Source of the DNA: a virus
Taxonomy: Duplodnaviria; Caudoviricetes
Virus record (IMG/VR): IMGVR_UViG_3300010340_001609
Span: 1 to 64,000 of that record
Direction: 5' to 3' (one strand)
Length of the DNA stretch: 64,000 bases
Part shown: positions 51,498-61,069 of the stretch, piece after piece
Layout: the number at the start of each line of letters is the position of its first letter
Numbering within the stretch: the first letter of the stretch is position 1
Position numbers and translations under genes: made by a program
Notes under the pieces: model-generated
What the model saw: only the letters and a program-made list of their open reading frames with translations
The model's database searches: none
Told to the model about the DNA's origin: nothing

Positions 51498-52304
51498 ATG
51501 ATAGAAATTAAATCAACAGAGCAAATAAAATTAATGAAAGATTCTGGTAAACTTGCCGCGGATACACTTTTAGCAGTCGGAGAATTAATCAAACCAGGAA
51601 TAACAGGAAAAGACATTGATTTATTTGTTAAATTCTTCACAGAAAAACATGGCGGCAAATGCGCTCCTTTTGGATATAGAAATAAAATTAATGAGAATTA
51701 TCCATTCCCAGCGTATAGTTGTATATCTCCTAACAATGTAATTTGTCATGGAATTCCGACTTCAGAACCTTTAGACAATCAAATTTTTAATGTTGATATT
51801 ACAACTATTTTAAATGGGGCTCACGGCGATACAAGTGCAATGTTTTATTTAGGAAACATTTCAGAACAACAAATTAAAATAATGAAAGTCGCTAAAGAAT
51901 GTCTTGATCTTGGAATTTCCAAACTAAAAGAAAATATTAGAATTGGGGAATTAGCTTCTACAATAGAAAAACACGCGATAGAAAATAATTTCAGTATTGT
52001 AAAAGAATTTTGTGGGCATGGCATAGGAATTGGAGAAAATGGATTTCACATGGTTCCAAATATTTTACATTTCGATAATAAAGAAAGAGGAATAAGACTT
52101 CCTAAAAATTTGACACATACAGTTGAGCCTATTTTAATAGAAAAAGAAAATTATGAATTAATTTTAGATTCAAATGATTATTGGACTTTTTATTCTAATT
52201 TTATTTCTGCACAATGGGAACACACTGTTTTAATCACCGAACAAGGATGTGAAATTTTAACCCAAAGAAATGATATACTTAAAAATAGTATTGAAACTTT
52301 TTAA
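51498..52304 (+). CDS. map: methionine aminopeptidase type I
   Basis: CISPNNVICHGIP, NVDIT, HGDTS, FCGHGIG, FH..P, HTVEP, SAQWEHTV; likely start ATG 51498. Confidence 0.95.
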   Translation: MIEIKSTEQIKLMKDSGKLAADTLLAVGELIKPGITGKDIDLFVKFFTEKHGGKCAPFGYRNKINENYPFPAYSCISPNNVICHGIPTSEPLDNQIFNVDITTILNGAHGDTSAMFYLGNISEQQIKIMKVAKECLDLGISKLKENIRIGELASTIEKHAIENNFSIVKEFCGHGIGIGENGFHMVPNILHFDNKERGIRLPKNLTHTVEPILIEKENYELILDSNDYWTFYSNFISAQWEHTVLITEQGCEILTQRNDILKNSIETF

Positions 52305-53272
52305 AATTCTTGTATTAAAGTTTGAATTTCTTTAATAACGTTTTCATACGTATTTTTAAAATTAGAAGCACAAGATATCTTTTCTTCTAATGTTCTTTTT
52401 TTAATTTGATTTAAACTCTGCAAAAATTGATTTGCAGAATGAAACTTAATCATTTCAGGTATTTTTTCTGTTTTAAGGATTTTTTCATACAAGGGCAGTG
52501 TTTCAATTAATATAATTTTACAACCAGAAGCACTTGCCTCACCAACTCTAACTGGATATTCTAATATTACTGGGTTTGTTTGTTCGTGCAATACATAATC
52601 CGTTTCTTTATACATTTTAATACATTCCATTGGATCAATCGGACCACCTTGCTCAACAAAATGAAAATTAACTTGCCCAGGAAGATTTTTAACAATCTCT
52701 AAAATATTTGGTCTGTTAGACCCTGTTCCAAAATATGAAAATTTATATTTAGATTCTTTAATTTCTGACAATTGAACACTCTCAGATAAAGAACAGGGAA
52801 TGTATGTTAGAATTAAATTATCTAATATTTTAACTGATGTTTGATTTAGCTTTTTTTTAGAATTAAAAATTTCTAAAATATTATCTATATTTTGCCCTTC
52901 AAATCCAATTGTTTGATACATAGCAGTTCCATAAGATTCTGAATATCTTTCATTTACTTCTTGGTCTATCATAAATGACTTTGGAGCTAATATAATATTC
53001 ATTTCTTTGTTTTTTAACGCATATTCTATTATTTTATTTACATCATAATTTGACCATAAAATTAAAGTTTTTATACGTTTTGTATGTTCAGGTAAATTTC
53101 CATCTTCAGAAAATAAGATTTCGATTTCTCCTAATTTTGCAATTTGTGCTTCATCTATAAATCTTAAATGAGATACTTGATATTCAAGTTTTGAAAATCC
53201 ATTAATAAAGCCTTCAATTTTTTTATAATTGTAATTTTCTTTACCTATTCCTACGACTACTACATTTTTCAT
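52301..53272 (-). CDS. putative glycosyltransferase (CgeB/GT-B-like)
   Basis: FSYFGT..R, MYK..YVLH, RVGEASASGC pattern; in glycan cluster. Confidence 0.5.
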   Translation of the reverse strand: MKNVVVVGIGKENYNYKKIEGFINGFSKLEYQVSHLRFIDEAQIAKLGEIEILFSEDGNLPEHTKRIKTLILWSNYDVNKIIEYALKNKEMNIILAPKSFMIDQEVNERYSESYGTAMYQTIGFEGQNIDNILEIFNSKKKLNQTSVKILDNLILTYIPCSLSESVQLSEIKESKYKFSYFGTGSNRPNILEIVKNLPGQVNFHFVEQGGPIDPMECIKMYKETDYVLHEQTNPVILEYPVRVGEASASGCKIILIETLPLYEKILKTEKIPEMIKFHSANQFLQSLNQIKKRTLEEKISCASNFKNTYENVIKEIQTLIQEF

Positions 53273-53284
53273 ATTTTTACCTTT

Positions 53285-53941
53285 TTATTTTTTTCGTAAA
53301 AATAAAGCATCTCCCCATTGTTGGGGCACAGTTTCAAGCAATACCATTTCAAATCCATAATTTTCCAAAAATTTCTTTAATTCCTCAAGTTTAGGAGCAC
53401 CTATATAAAGTTCTTCAAGATTTATTTCTGTGTAAATTGCCTTAATGTTAGAATTATTTAATATATCACCAAATCCTTTTAAAACTTCTAATTCTGCGCC
53501 CTGGACATCTAAATTGATAAAATCATATAAATTCATGTCTATATTTTCATTTTTAACAATTGTATCAAATCTTTTTGATTTAAGTTCGACAGTTTCTACA
53601 ATTGTTATGTGTGGATAATAATCCTTATGTGTTCCTAACTCTAAAATTGAACTTGATTGATTGTTATTTGTAATATTAAATTTAATAGTCTCATTATCTT
53701 TTGACGTAAGAACTTCATTAAAAAATATTTGATTCATTACATTGTCTTCTGGTGGAACCAGAAGCTCAGTAAGTTCTTTAAGAGAGTCCATTAACTTATG
53801 GTTTGCTTCGACCCAAATTACATTTTTAATTTCATTATTTCTGTATGATTCACACTCTTCACCTAAATGTGCTCCAATGTGAATAACGCCCTTAAATTTT
53901 GCGCCATTTGTTTTAACGCATTTTTCCATTGATATTAACAT
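53285..53941 (-). CDS. FkbM-family SAM methyltransferase
   Basis: IHIGAHLGEE, WVEAN, SSSILE, FINLDVQGAELEVLKG, WGDALF. Confidence 0.88.
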   Translation of the reverse strand: MLISMEKCVKTNGAKFKGVIHIGAHLGEECESYRNNEIKNVIWVEANHKLMDSLKELTELLVPPEDNVMNQIFFNEVLTSKDNETIKFNITNNNQSSSILELGTHKDYYPHITIVETVELKSKRFDTIVKNENIDMNLYDFINLDVQGAELEVLKGFGDILNNSNIKAIYTEINLEELYIGAPKLEELKKFLENYGFEMVLLETVPQQWGDALFLRKK

Positions 53942-54033
53942 TAATTTTATATTGATGTTAATTTCATCTAAATGTTTTAGTTTTGTTTATATAAAACTTA
54001 CTTTTCATATTACTAAAACTTATAATACTAAGA

Positions 54034-54453
54034 ATGGATTCTAAACTTTATAAAGAGCTTTATGCAAGAAAATTTGATCCTAATCTAATAAAACTCTTAT
54101 ATTTGAAACTAGAAAAAGAAATTAGTAATTTATCAAAATCATCAATTATTCTTGATTCCATTGAAGTTGAAATTCTATCTTATTATATAGAATTTAAAAT
54201 AAATTTTATTTCTAAAAATAAAATTGATACAAAAAAATTTATTTTTAATTTTATTGATTCATATGAATCTTTTAAAGAAAATTATTTTAATGATAAAAAA
54301 AATTCGATTTTATCATTTTTTATTACAGTTAAATATATTCCTTTACAAATTACAAATATAAATATAGATATAGATATAGATTTTTCATCTTTAAGCAAGG
54401 AAGAATTAACAATTTCAGAATTGTTTGGAATATTAAAACTTTTTACAAGTTGA
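54034..54453 (+). CDS. hypothetical protein
   Basis: 139 aa, very AT-rich; TATAAT 7 nt before ATG. Confidence 0.55.
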   Translation: MDSKLYKELYARKFDPNLIKLLYLKLEKEISNLSKSSIILDSIEVEILSYYIEFKINFISKNKIDTKKFIFNFIDSYESFKENYFNDKKNSILSFFITVKYIPLQITNINIDIDIDFSSLSKEELTISELFGILKLFTS

Positions 54454-54864
54454 AAATTACTTTAGGAGGTTCATTAACCCGTATTTGACAAGTTTTATAA
54501 AGTTTTTCAAAATCTTTTTGACATAAAACAAAAAACTCATATTCATTTTTTATTTTAAAATCTTTTTTATTTTTAATAGAATGTGGATATTTTTTACTAT
54601 AAAATTGAAAAATGACCAATGATTTTTTTGAGTTTATTCCAAAAAAAGATTTGAGTTTTCTTGTCGAGAAAACACCGACTAAATCTATTTCAAGACTATC
54701 ATCAACAACAACTGTTCCAGGAATTATTTTTATTGAAGATTTGAAAAAGAAATAATGTATAGATACATAATATCCTTTTGATTTTTTTTATTTATTGTAA
54801 ATTTTACGTCTTTTGAAATCAGATCAAAATTATTTCTATTGTTATTATTTTTTATTTTTTTCAT
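54443..54864 (-). pseudogene. ~140 aa hypothetical gene interrupted by a frameshift at an A8 run (probably an intact gene with an assembly error)
   Basis: ATG overlaps the gmd stop; MKKIK..FTINKK, then the -1 frame KSKGYYVSIH..PPKVIFNL* is open to 54443; one extra A at 54782-54789 restores it. Confidence 0.6.
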
Positions 54865-55841
54865 GATTTACTATTCAATTTCAAATCTGCATCATACATT
54901 ATTTTTGCCAATTCTTTAAACCTAATTTTAGGTTCCCAACCAAGTTTTGCTTTTGCTTTCGAATAATCGCCACACAGAAAAGGAACTTCATGCACTCTAA
55001 AAAGTCTTGGATTGATTACTAAATATTTGTTTAAATCTAGTTCTGCGTACTCAAAAACAGTCTTAGCGAATTCTTCAACCGAATGAGATTCCCCAGTTGC
55101 AATGACGTAATCTTCTGGGTTTTCCTGTTGAAGCATTTTATGCATTGCCACGACGTATTCCTTTGCATATCCCCAGTCTCTTTTTGCGTATAAATTTCCT
55201 AATTCAAGTTTTTCTTGTAGCCCAAGTTTAATCCTTGCAGCAGCCATAGTAATTTTTCTAGTAACAAACGTTTCTCCCCTTCTTGGACTTTCGTGATTTT
55301 CTAAGATCCCACAAGAAATATGCATTCCATAACCAGTTCTATAATTGTTAGCTAAATTATGTGCAAATACTTTTGCACAAGCATATGGAGATGCTGGCAT
55401 AAATTTTGTATTTTCATTTTGTGGACATTCAGTATTATCTCCAAACATTTCGCTTGAAGATGCTTGATATATTCTAGCCTTTGGGACAATTTCTTTCGCT
55501 GCGTTTAATAATTTTAAAAAACCCATTCCAACAACATCTAATGTTTCTTCAGAAACTTCAAAAGATGCTTTAACATGAGATTGTGCCGCCAGGTTATATA
55601 TTTCGTCTGGCTTGTGTTTATTTAATAGATTCCATAGCGAACTACTATCAGACATATTACCATATTCAAGAATAAAATTTGGATTAGAATAAATTTCATC
55701 AATTCTACTTGTTGAAATAATACTTGTCCTACGTTTCATTCCAACTACTTTATATCCAAGCTCAAGTAAATATTCAGCTAAATAACTTCCATCTTGACCT
55801 GTAACACCAGTTATAAATGCAACTTTCTGTTGGATTTTCAT
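54861..55841 (-). CDS. gmd: GDP-mannose 4,6-dehydratase
   Basis: ITGVTGQDGSYLAE, YNLAAQSHV, YQASSSEMFG, SPYACAK, NHESPRRGETFVTRKIT, RDWGYA. Confidence 0.95.
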   Translation of the reverse strand: MKIQQKVAFITGVTGQDGSYLAEYLLELGYKVVGMKRRTSIISTSRIDEIYSNPNFILEYGNMSDSSSLWNLLNKHKPDEIYNLAAQSHVKASFEVSEETLDVVGMGFLKLLNAAKEIVPKARIYQASSSEMFGDNTECPQNENTKFMPASPYACAKVFAHNLANNYRTGYGMHISCGILENHESPRRGETFVTRKITMAAARIKLGLQEKLELGNLYAKRDWGYAKEYVVAMHKMLQQENPEDYVIATGESHSVEEFAKTVFEYAELDLNKYLVINPRLFRVHEVPFLCGDYSKAKAKLGWEPKIRFKELAKIMYDADLKLNSKS

Positions 55842-55876
55842 TTTATGAATTATGAAACAAGTTTAGTTAAATTGTT

Positions 55877-56695
55877 TTATTTTACTTTTAACTCTAATTC
55901 AACATGAACCGTATTGAAGCTTTTTCCTAAATAAAAATCTAAATCAAGAATTTTATCTTCTAAATACAATTGATTTAATTCTGATGCAGATCGTATATTT
56001 CCATGTTTATTTTTATAAACATTCTGGACAATGTTTGCTGGGATGTTGATTAGCTTTGGCGCCTCTAAAAAACAAGACGCATATTTTATTGATCGATCTA
56101 CAGTTTCAGCCAACGCTGATTCAAATTGATTTGGGTATTTAAAATTTATTAATGCTGTTTTCCCTTTTATGAAAGAAGTTAAAAACACATTTCCATCACA
56201 AGACATTGGATACCCCCAATCACCAGAAGCTAATTCCCAATTCCAACAAAATTCGTTTAAAAATTTTGGCTGTGGGCTGTTAGTATTTGTTGCATAACAA
56301 AAATCAATCCCACTCCATAATCTTAATGAAGTCGTCATGACATTCTTATCTGTTTTTAATATTTGAATTTCTTTGTCTTTTAAAGACCAATTATTTACGA
56401 AAATAATATCATCACATAAGAACATAGTAAATTCTTTTGTTTCATCCATTAACCTCAACAATGTTTCTTTAAATGTTCCAAATTCGTTATCAGTAAAAAA
56501 ATTAATATTTGTAGGACATTTCTCTTTTAATTTTTCATAAGCGTCAAAATATTCTATTGAAGTAAAGTCATAGACAACATTTATTTGAGTTTGATTAAAT
56601 TCTTTAAATGTTTTTTCTAAACTTCTTAAATGTAAGTCAAGTTGCATTGCTCTGTCACGACTAAAAACAATTATATTTATTTTATCTTCACACAT
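55877..56695 (-). CDS. putative glycosyltransferase (GT-A-like)
   Basis: IIVFSRDRAMQL, FLCDD (DxD-like), WGYPMSCDG, PNQFE. Confidence 0.65.
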   Translation of the reverse strand: MCEDKINIIVFSRDRAMQLDLHLRSLEKTFKEFNQTQINVVYDFTSIEYFDAYEKLKEKCPTNINFFTDNEFGTFKETLLRLMDETKEFTMFLCDDIIFVNNWSLKDKEIQILKTDKNVMTTSLRLWSGIDFCYATNTNSPQPKFLNEFCWNWELASGDWGYPMSCDGNVFLTSFIKGKTALINFKYPNQFESALAETVDRSIKYASCFLEAPKLINIPANIVQNVYKNKHGNIRSASELNQLYLEDKILDLDFYLGKSFNTVHVELELKVK

Positions 56696-56735
56696 ATCTG
56701 AAGATTATAAATCTTGTGATTATTATTTGTTTTTA

Positions 56736-57176
56736 TCAATTATATAGATTAGTATCAATTTCTTCGTTAATTTCTGCTTCGATAATTCTGAAAGTGTTTT
56801 CATTAGAAAATTTATCAATAAAAAGAAAATCAAATCTATAATAGAAAACACTTTCATCTTTTTTTGGATATACCAAAGAAGTAAGAGATAAATTTATATT
56901 TCTTTTGATTTTATCTATTACAAATGGGATATCTTTTATTGATCCAATATTGTTAAATTCATTTAGCAAAACTTTTTGATCATTAAGAATTTTTTCTTTT
57001 TCTTTTGTTGATTCAAACTTAACAGCTTGTTTAAATTCTTCAAAAGAATTATTTTGAAATTCGTATAATTTTTTTATATGAGAAACAATTCTATCAAGAG
57101 CAAATAGTTCTGATGAAAATGATCCCCAAAAATCTAAACTATAATCTGAGTAATGAAAAAGATTGTATACTTTCAC
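56736..57176 (-). CDS. hypothetical protein
   Basis: 146 aa ORF. Confidence 0.55.
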   Translation of the reverse strand: MKVYNLFHYSDYSLDFWGSFSSELFALDRIVSHIKKLYEFQNNSFEEFKQAVKFESTKEKEKILNDQKVLLNEFNNIGSIKDIPFVIDKIKRNINLSLTSLVYPKKDESVFYYRFDFLFIDKFSNENTFRIIEAEINEEIDTNLYN

Positions 57177-57189
57177 TGTTTGTAACTTT

Positions 57190-57630
57190 CTATTTTTTTA
57201 GTTTTTTTTCATCTTTATCAAAAACATGTAATTCAAGTTTTCTATTAAAAACAATAACAAGTATACTATATTGTTTTTTAGAATGATTAATACCTAAACG
57301 TCTTATTTTATTTTTTTCAAATACTTTAGAAAATATATCAAATAAATGTTCATAAAAATATGAACAATCTCGATAAGATTGAAGATTTATTCGTTCTTTT
57401 AAAAGAACTGATATTAAATCATCATCAGAATTAATGAGTTTTTTGGTTAAATCTGTATGAAAAATTAAACTTTTTCTGTAAGATGGATAGGCATATTTAT
57501 ACCTTATTATTTGATAATCTAAATCAGGATCATTTTCAAAATTTGTTTTAATGCTACATAAAAGATATTCTACTGCCAAGTTTGCAACATCTTTTTCAAA
57601 GACATTTTCTGTGACTTTATCAACTATCAT
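57190..57630 (-). CDS. hypothetical protein
   Basis: 146 aa ORF. Confidence 0.55.
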   Translation of the reverse strand: MIVDKVTENVFEKDVANLAVEYLLCSIKTNFENDPDLDYQIIRYKYAYPSYRKSLIFHTDLTKKLINSDDDLISVLLKERINLQSYRDCSYFYEHLFDIFSKVFEKNKIRRLGINHSKKQYSILVIVFNRKLELHVFDKDEKKLKK

Positions 57631-57666
57631 ATTATCTATAATAGTTTTTTCGCTGAAAAAAGTAAA

Positions 57667-58299
57667 TTAAAATCTTAAATTGTTCCAAACTCTTTTAAAT
57701 TCATTAACTTCTCTATGCGTGACTTCTATTGATGGAATTGATGAAATTCTATTAATTTCATTAAATACAGACTGGGATTCAAACGCATCAGTATAATCTA
57801 GCCCTGGGTTCATAAACGAGATTCCATAAGTTGATTGTGCGCAATCGTTAACTTCTGCTTGTTTTCGACAAATATGCCCAATTCCCAGTGCATGACCGAC
57901 TTCATGCATAAATGTTGATTTTAATTCAATCGAAGAACGAATACATCCTGGGTGAATTATAATAACCCGCTGAGAAGCGATATACTCGCCAGCATAGCAG
58001 TTTCTTGTATATTGTTGATTGGTGTCTATCAATACGGAAATATCTTCTCCTGAGTCAACTAGACGTACTGTTGGGCCAATTCTATTTAATTCTTGCAATG
58101 TTTCAACTATATAATTTTTTCTATTAAATCTATTCCATTCTTCGCCAACTAAACGTAAATCTAATGATCCATATTTTTGTTCATTATGATTGTTTATTTT
58201 GACTTTATTATATATAACAAAAGACAAGAAAAATATTGCTGCAACCACAAGCAATGAAATTCCAAAATATAAAAAACCTTTTTTTGTTTGTTCAGTCAT
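57667..58299 (-). CDS. membrane-anchored metzincin (matrixin-like) metalloprotease
   Basis: N-terminal TM helix, HEVGHALGIGH, Met-turn SFMNP. Confidence 0.85.
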   Translation of the reverse strand: MTEQTKKGFLYFGISLLVVAAIFFLSFVIYNKVKINNHNEQKYGSLDLRLVGEEWNRFNRKNYIVETLQELNRIGPTVRLVDSGEDISVLIDTNQQYTRNCYAGEYIASQRVIIIHPGCIRSSIELKSTFMHEVGHALGIGHICRKQAEVNDCAQSTYGISFMNPGLDYTDAFESQSVFNEINRISSIPSIEVTHREVNEFKRVWNNLRF

Positions 58300-58307
58300 A
58301 TTAATAA

Positions 58308-58838
58308 TTAAATTATTATTTTTCTTTTGATAAAGAATTCTTTATCTGCGTTGTAATCACAATACTCTCCAAAGTACAAATTTTCAAGAAAATTATTTCT
58401 TTTATCTGTATATTCAATATAATAGTTTTTATTATTAAAATCTAATAAGTAATAGGTACTATAAAATGACATTAATTGTTCAAACCATTTAAATGTTTTG
58501 TGATTTCCATGACTATTAAATAATTCGTGAAATAACTGATCAAAATCGTCTGAAAAATTCTTTTTATATGGAAGATTCGTATAGTTTTGCCATCCTTCAA
58601 TTTTAAACTGAGTTTCAAAAGACTTTTTAAATTTTGAGTTTATTACTTGTTCAAATTCTACACGATCATCTTCATTTATTTTTCTATATGAAAAAACAAG
58701 ATCAGTATAAGGAGCTGGAATACCCAATAAAACTAAATTAGTATTATCCTCGATGTAGTCGGGCGATAAATCGTAAATATTTTTGATTATAAAATTCCTA
58801 TACAATCTAACTGAATCTTCTATTATTTTTTCTTGCAT
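58308..58838 (-). CDS. hypothetical protein
   Basis: 176 aa ORF. Confidence 0.55.
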   Translation of the reverse strand: MQEKIIEDSVRLYRNFIIKNIYDLSPDYIEDNTNLVLLGIPAPYTDLVFSYRKINEDDRVEFEQVINSKFKKSFETQFKIEGWQNYTNLPYKKNFSDDFDQLFHELFNSHGNHKTFKWFEQLMSFYSTYYLLDFNNKNYYIEYTDKRNNFLENLYFGEYCDYNADKEFFIKRKIII

Positions 58839-58876
58839 TGCTTTATTTTTTTCTATTTATTTAGAGCTGAATTGTA

Positions 58877-59419
58877 ATGAAAAAGAAAAAAATTTTAATA
58901 TCTGAATCAAATTTTAAAAAATTTATTAATAAGCTTCTTTTGGAAGTTATGATTGATATGAATGAAATCAATCAATTAATGAGATTAAAGCCAATTTTAA
59001 TTGCATTTTATAATATAGAAAATGACTTGGAAGAATTATTAAGGAATAATTTTCAAAATTATTCTAATTTAGTAGAATATGCAAATCGATTAGATCAAAT
59101 TGGAAATAATATTCCAAAATATATAGATAAAATTGAAGAATTAAGTTCTAAAGAAGCAGATCAATATTCTGAATTTAAAAAATTTTCACAAGCTGTATTG
59201 TCTAGAATAATTTTAGAAGATGAAAAATTATCTAATGTAGAAAAAATTCTTGGATCTCTTGGCCCACAACAAATTGAATTTGGTAAAGAAGGAATTTCTT
59301 TAATAAGAAAATTGAAATATCAAATCTCAAGATTAAAAGAAGTCCAGTCAAAACTTAATACACAACAATCTTCACAGCAAAACACAACTCAAGTTAACCA
59401 ACAAGTTCAACAGTCTTAA
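58877..59419 (+). CDS. putative capsid-internal protein
   Basis: N-terminal KKILISESNFKKFINKLLLEV; TATTTA upstream; Gln-rich tail. Confidence 0.6.
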   Translation: MKKKKILISESNFKKFINKLLLEVMIDMNEINQLMRLKPILIAFYNIENDLEELLRNNFQNYSNLVEYANRLDQIGNNIPKYIDKIEELSSKEADQYSEFKKFSQAVLSRIILEDEKLSNVEKILGSLGPQQIEFGKEGISLIRKLKYQISRLKEVQSKLNTQQSSQQNTTQVNQQVQQS

Positions 59420-59732
59420 TGTCTGAATTTAAAATATCTTCATAATGAAGATATGGTTTTCCTGTATCTGTGTCAAACCCTTTTCTTAAAAAGGTTAATA
59501 CTGTTATTGTTTTTTTATCAAAATTTCTTTTATTGATTCCCACCAATTCAGCGTTGAAAAATTCAATTGTCCTGTCAATTTCATTCGCATAATGTAGATA
59601 ATTTTTCGTTAAGAATACCCTATATGTTTTATTTAATTCATAAGATATTTTTTTAGTTTCAGGAATAATCTCTTTATTTTCAATAAATTTTAATATTAAA
59701 TCTAAAAAACGCAAAATTGCAAGATATAACAT
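59394..59732 (-). CDS. hypothetical protein
   Basis: 112 aa ORF. Confidence 0.5.
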   Translation of the reverse strand: MLYLAILRFLDLILKFIENKEIIPETKKISYELNKTYRVFLTKNYLHYANEIDRTIEFFNAELVGINKRNFDKKTITVLTFLRKGFDTDTGKPYLHYEDILNSDIKTVELVG

Positions 59733-59747
59733 GCTTTAATTTTAATG

Positions 59748-60257
59748 TTAAGGTTTATAATATGTTCCAAAAATATAATCAAATAGTGGGTAAACAACAT
59801 TAAAAGAATGTTCCTGATTTCCTTTTTGATGATGTTCAACATGCCAAGGAATCCAATTTTCAGCCCATGTTTGATCTAAATGAGATAACATATGAACAAT
59901 ATAATATAAAAATCCATATGATATTATGCCAGCTGCAACAAATGGAGAAATTGGAACTAATGATTTGTATATGACAAGCATTGCGAATGTTAATGCTATA
60001 AATTCTGGAGTTTGAAACAAAAATTTTATTCCCATTTTATAATCTGGGTCTGTCATTTGTTTGCGACATTGTTTATGATGTTTGTACCAATGAAAGTTCC
60101 AAATTGAATTTTTCTTTTTACCTAAACCATGTAATACATGTTTATGAAACAACCATTCTGTTAGATTTCCAATGGTTAGCCCAATCATTGTTTTACCTAT
60201 ATTTTTCACCAAGACATTTAGCATATCTTTATAACTCCACTTGTTATTAAGTAACAA
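59748..60257 (-). CDS. fatty acid hydroxylase / sterol desaturase family membrane di-iron protein
   Basis: His boxes EWLFHKHVLH, HWYKHH, YYIVHMLSH, WHVEHH and terminal FNV..PLFDYIFGT. Confidence 0.85.
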   Translation of the reverse strand: MLLNNKWSYKDMLNVLVKNIGKTMIGLTIGNLTEWLFHKHVLHGLGKKKNSIWNFHWYKHHKQCRKQMTDPDYKMGIKFLFQTPEFIALTFAMLVIYKSLVPISPFVAAGIISYGFLYYIVHMLSHLDQTWAENWIPWHVEHHQKGNQEHSFNVVYPLFDYIFGTYYKP

Positions 60258-60267
60258 AACAAATAAA

Positions 60268-60594
60268 TTATTTTTTATATTTTAGAATGACTTCATCGCT
60301 TATTTTAAATGCGAGTATTGCTTCTTGGTCATAATATTTTATTGTATGATCTATAATTTTTTCAATTTGAGTTCTTGTCGCTAAGATTCTAACAGGAATC
60401 ATTCGTTCGATAAACAATTTACCAGAGGGAGAAACCCAATTTCCTTTTGTTACAGGGCAAATTGTTAATCCACCAGAGATTTCTCTAATTTTTTTATCCC
60501 AAACTTGATGATATCTTTTTCTAAAAGGTTTGCCGTTATTTCTAATTGTTGGTACTAAAATTTCCCACATACATATCATTTCTTGTGTTTCCAT
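60268..60594 (-). CDS. PII/GlnB-like fold protein (DUF3574-like)
   Basis: GGLT....GNW..P.G.LFIE..IPVRI..YYDQEAI pattern. Confidence 0.5.
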   Translation of the reverse strand: METQEMICMWEILVPTIRNNGKPFRKRYHQVWDKKIREISGGLTICPVTKGNWVSPSGKLFIERMIPVRILATRTQIEKIIDHTIKYYDQEAILAFKISDEVILKYKK

Positions 60595-60649
60595 ATTATT
60601 TCACACCCTTGTCGCGAATAGGGTATTTTAGGGACTCAAGAGAGATTTG

Positions 60650-61048
60650 TCAATCGGCTGCGTTCAAACCAAACAGTTGAGATAAATGACGACTTTGTTC
60701 TTCAGGATTATTTTGATATTGCTCTATTAATTTTTTAAGCTCTTCTTTTTTTGCAGCATCAATAGATTCAATTTCTATCTTATGTTTTTCCTTTAATTCT
60801 TGTAAAGTTGCTTGAAATTTTTCATCTATCTCTTTTTGTTTTTTAGCCTGAGCTTCTTCCAAAATTTTTAATTCTTGCAACTCTTTTTCTCTAGCTTTTA
60901 ATCGATCTTGAAGAATCGAAATAAACTCAAATGCCTTTTGTTGTTTGTAGAACAAAAAACATATTAATGCCGTAGCAGCCAATCCAATTATTATCGCATA
61001 TGTTTTAAACGATGAGAAAAAAGATATAAGTTTTTCTTTAAAAGTCAT
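60650..61048 (-). CDS. membrane-anchored coiled-coil protein (inner-spanin-like)
   Basis: One N-terminal TM helix followed by a long coiled coil. Confidence 0.45.
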   Translation of the reverse strand: MTFKEKLISFFSSFKTYAIIIGLAATALICFLFYKQQKAFEFISILQDRLKAREKELQELKILEEAQAKKQKEIDEKFQATLQELKEKHKIEIESIDAAKKEELKKLIEQYQNNPEEQSRHLSQLFGLNAAD

Positions 61049-61069
61049 AATATTATTAAATATTGACTT

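Noticed and set aside
60605-60624. ACCCT..AGGGT hairpin as an intrinsic terminator
   Set aside because: Short imperfect stem with no U-tract on the coding (minus) strand
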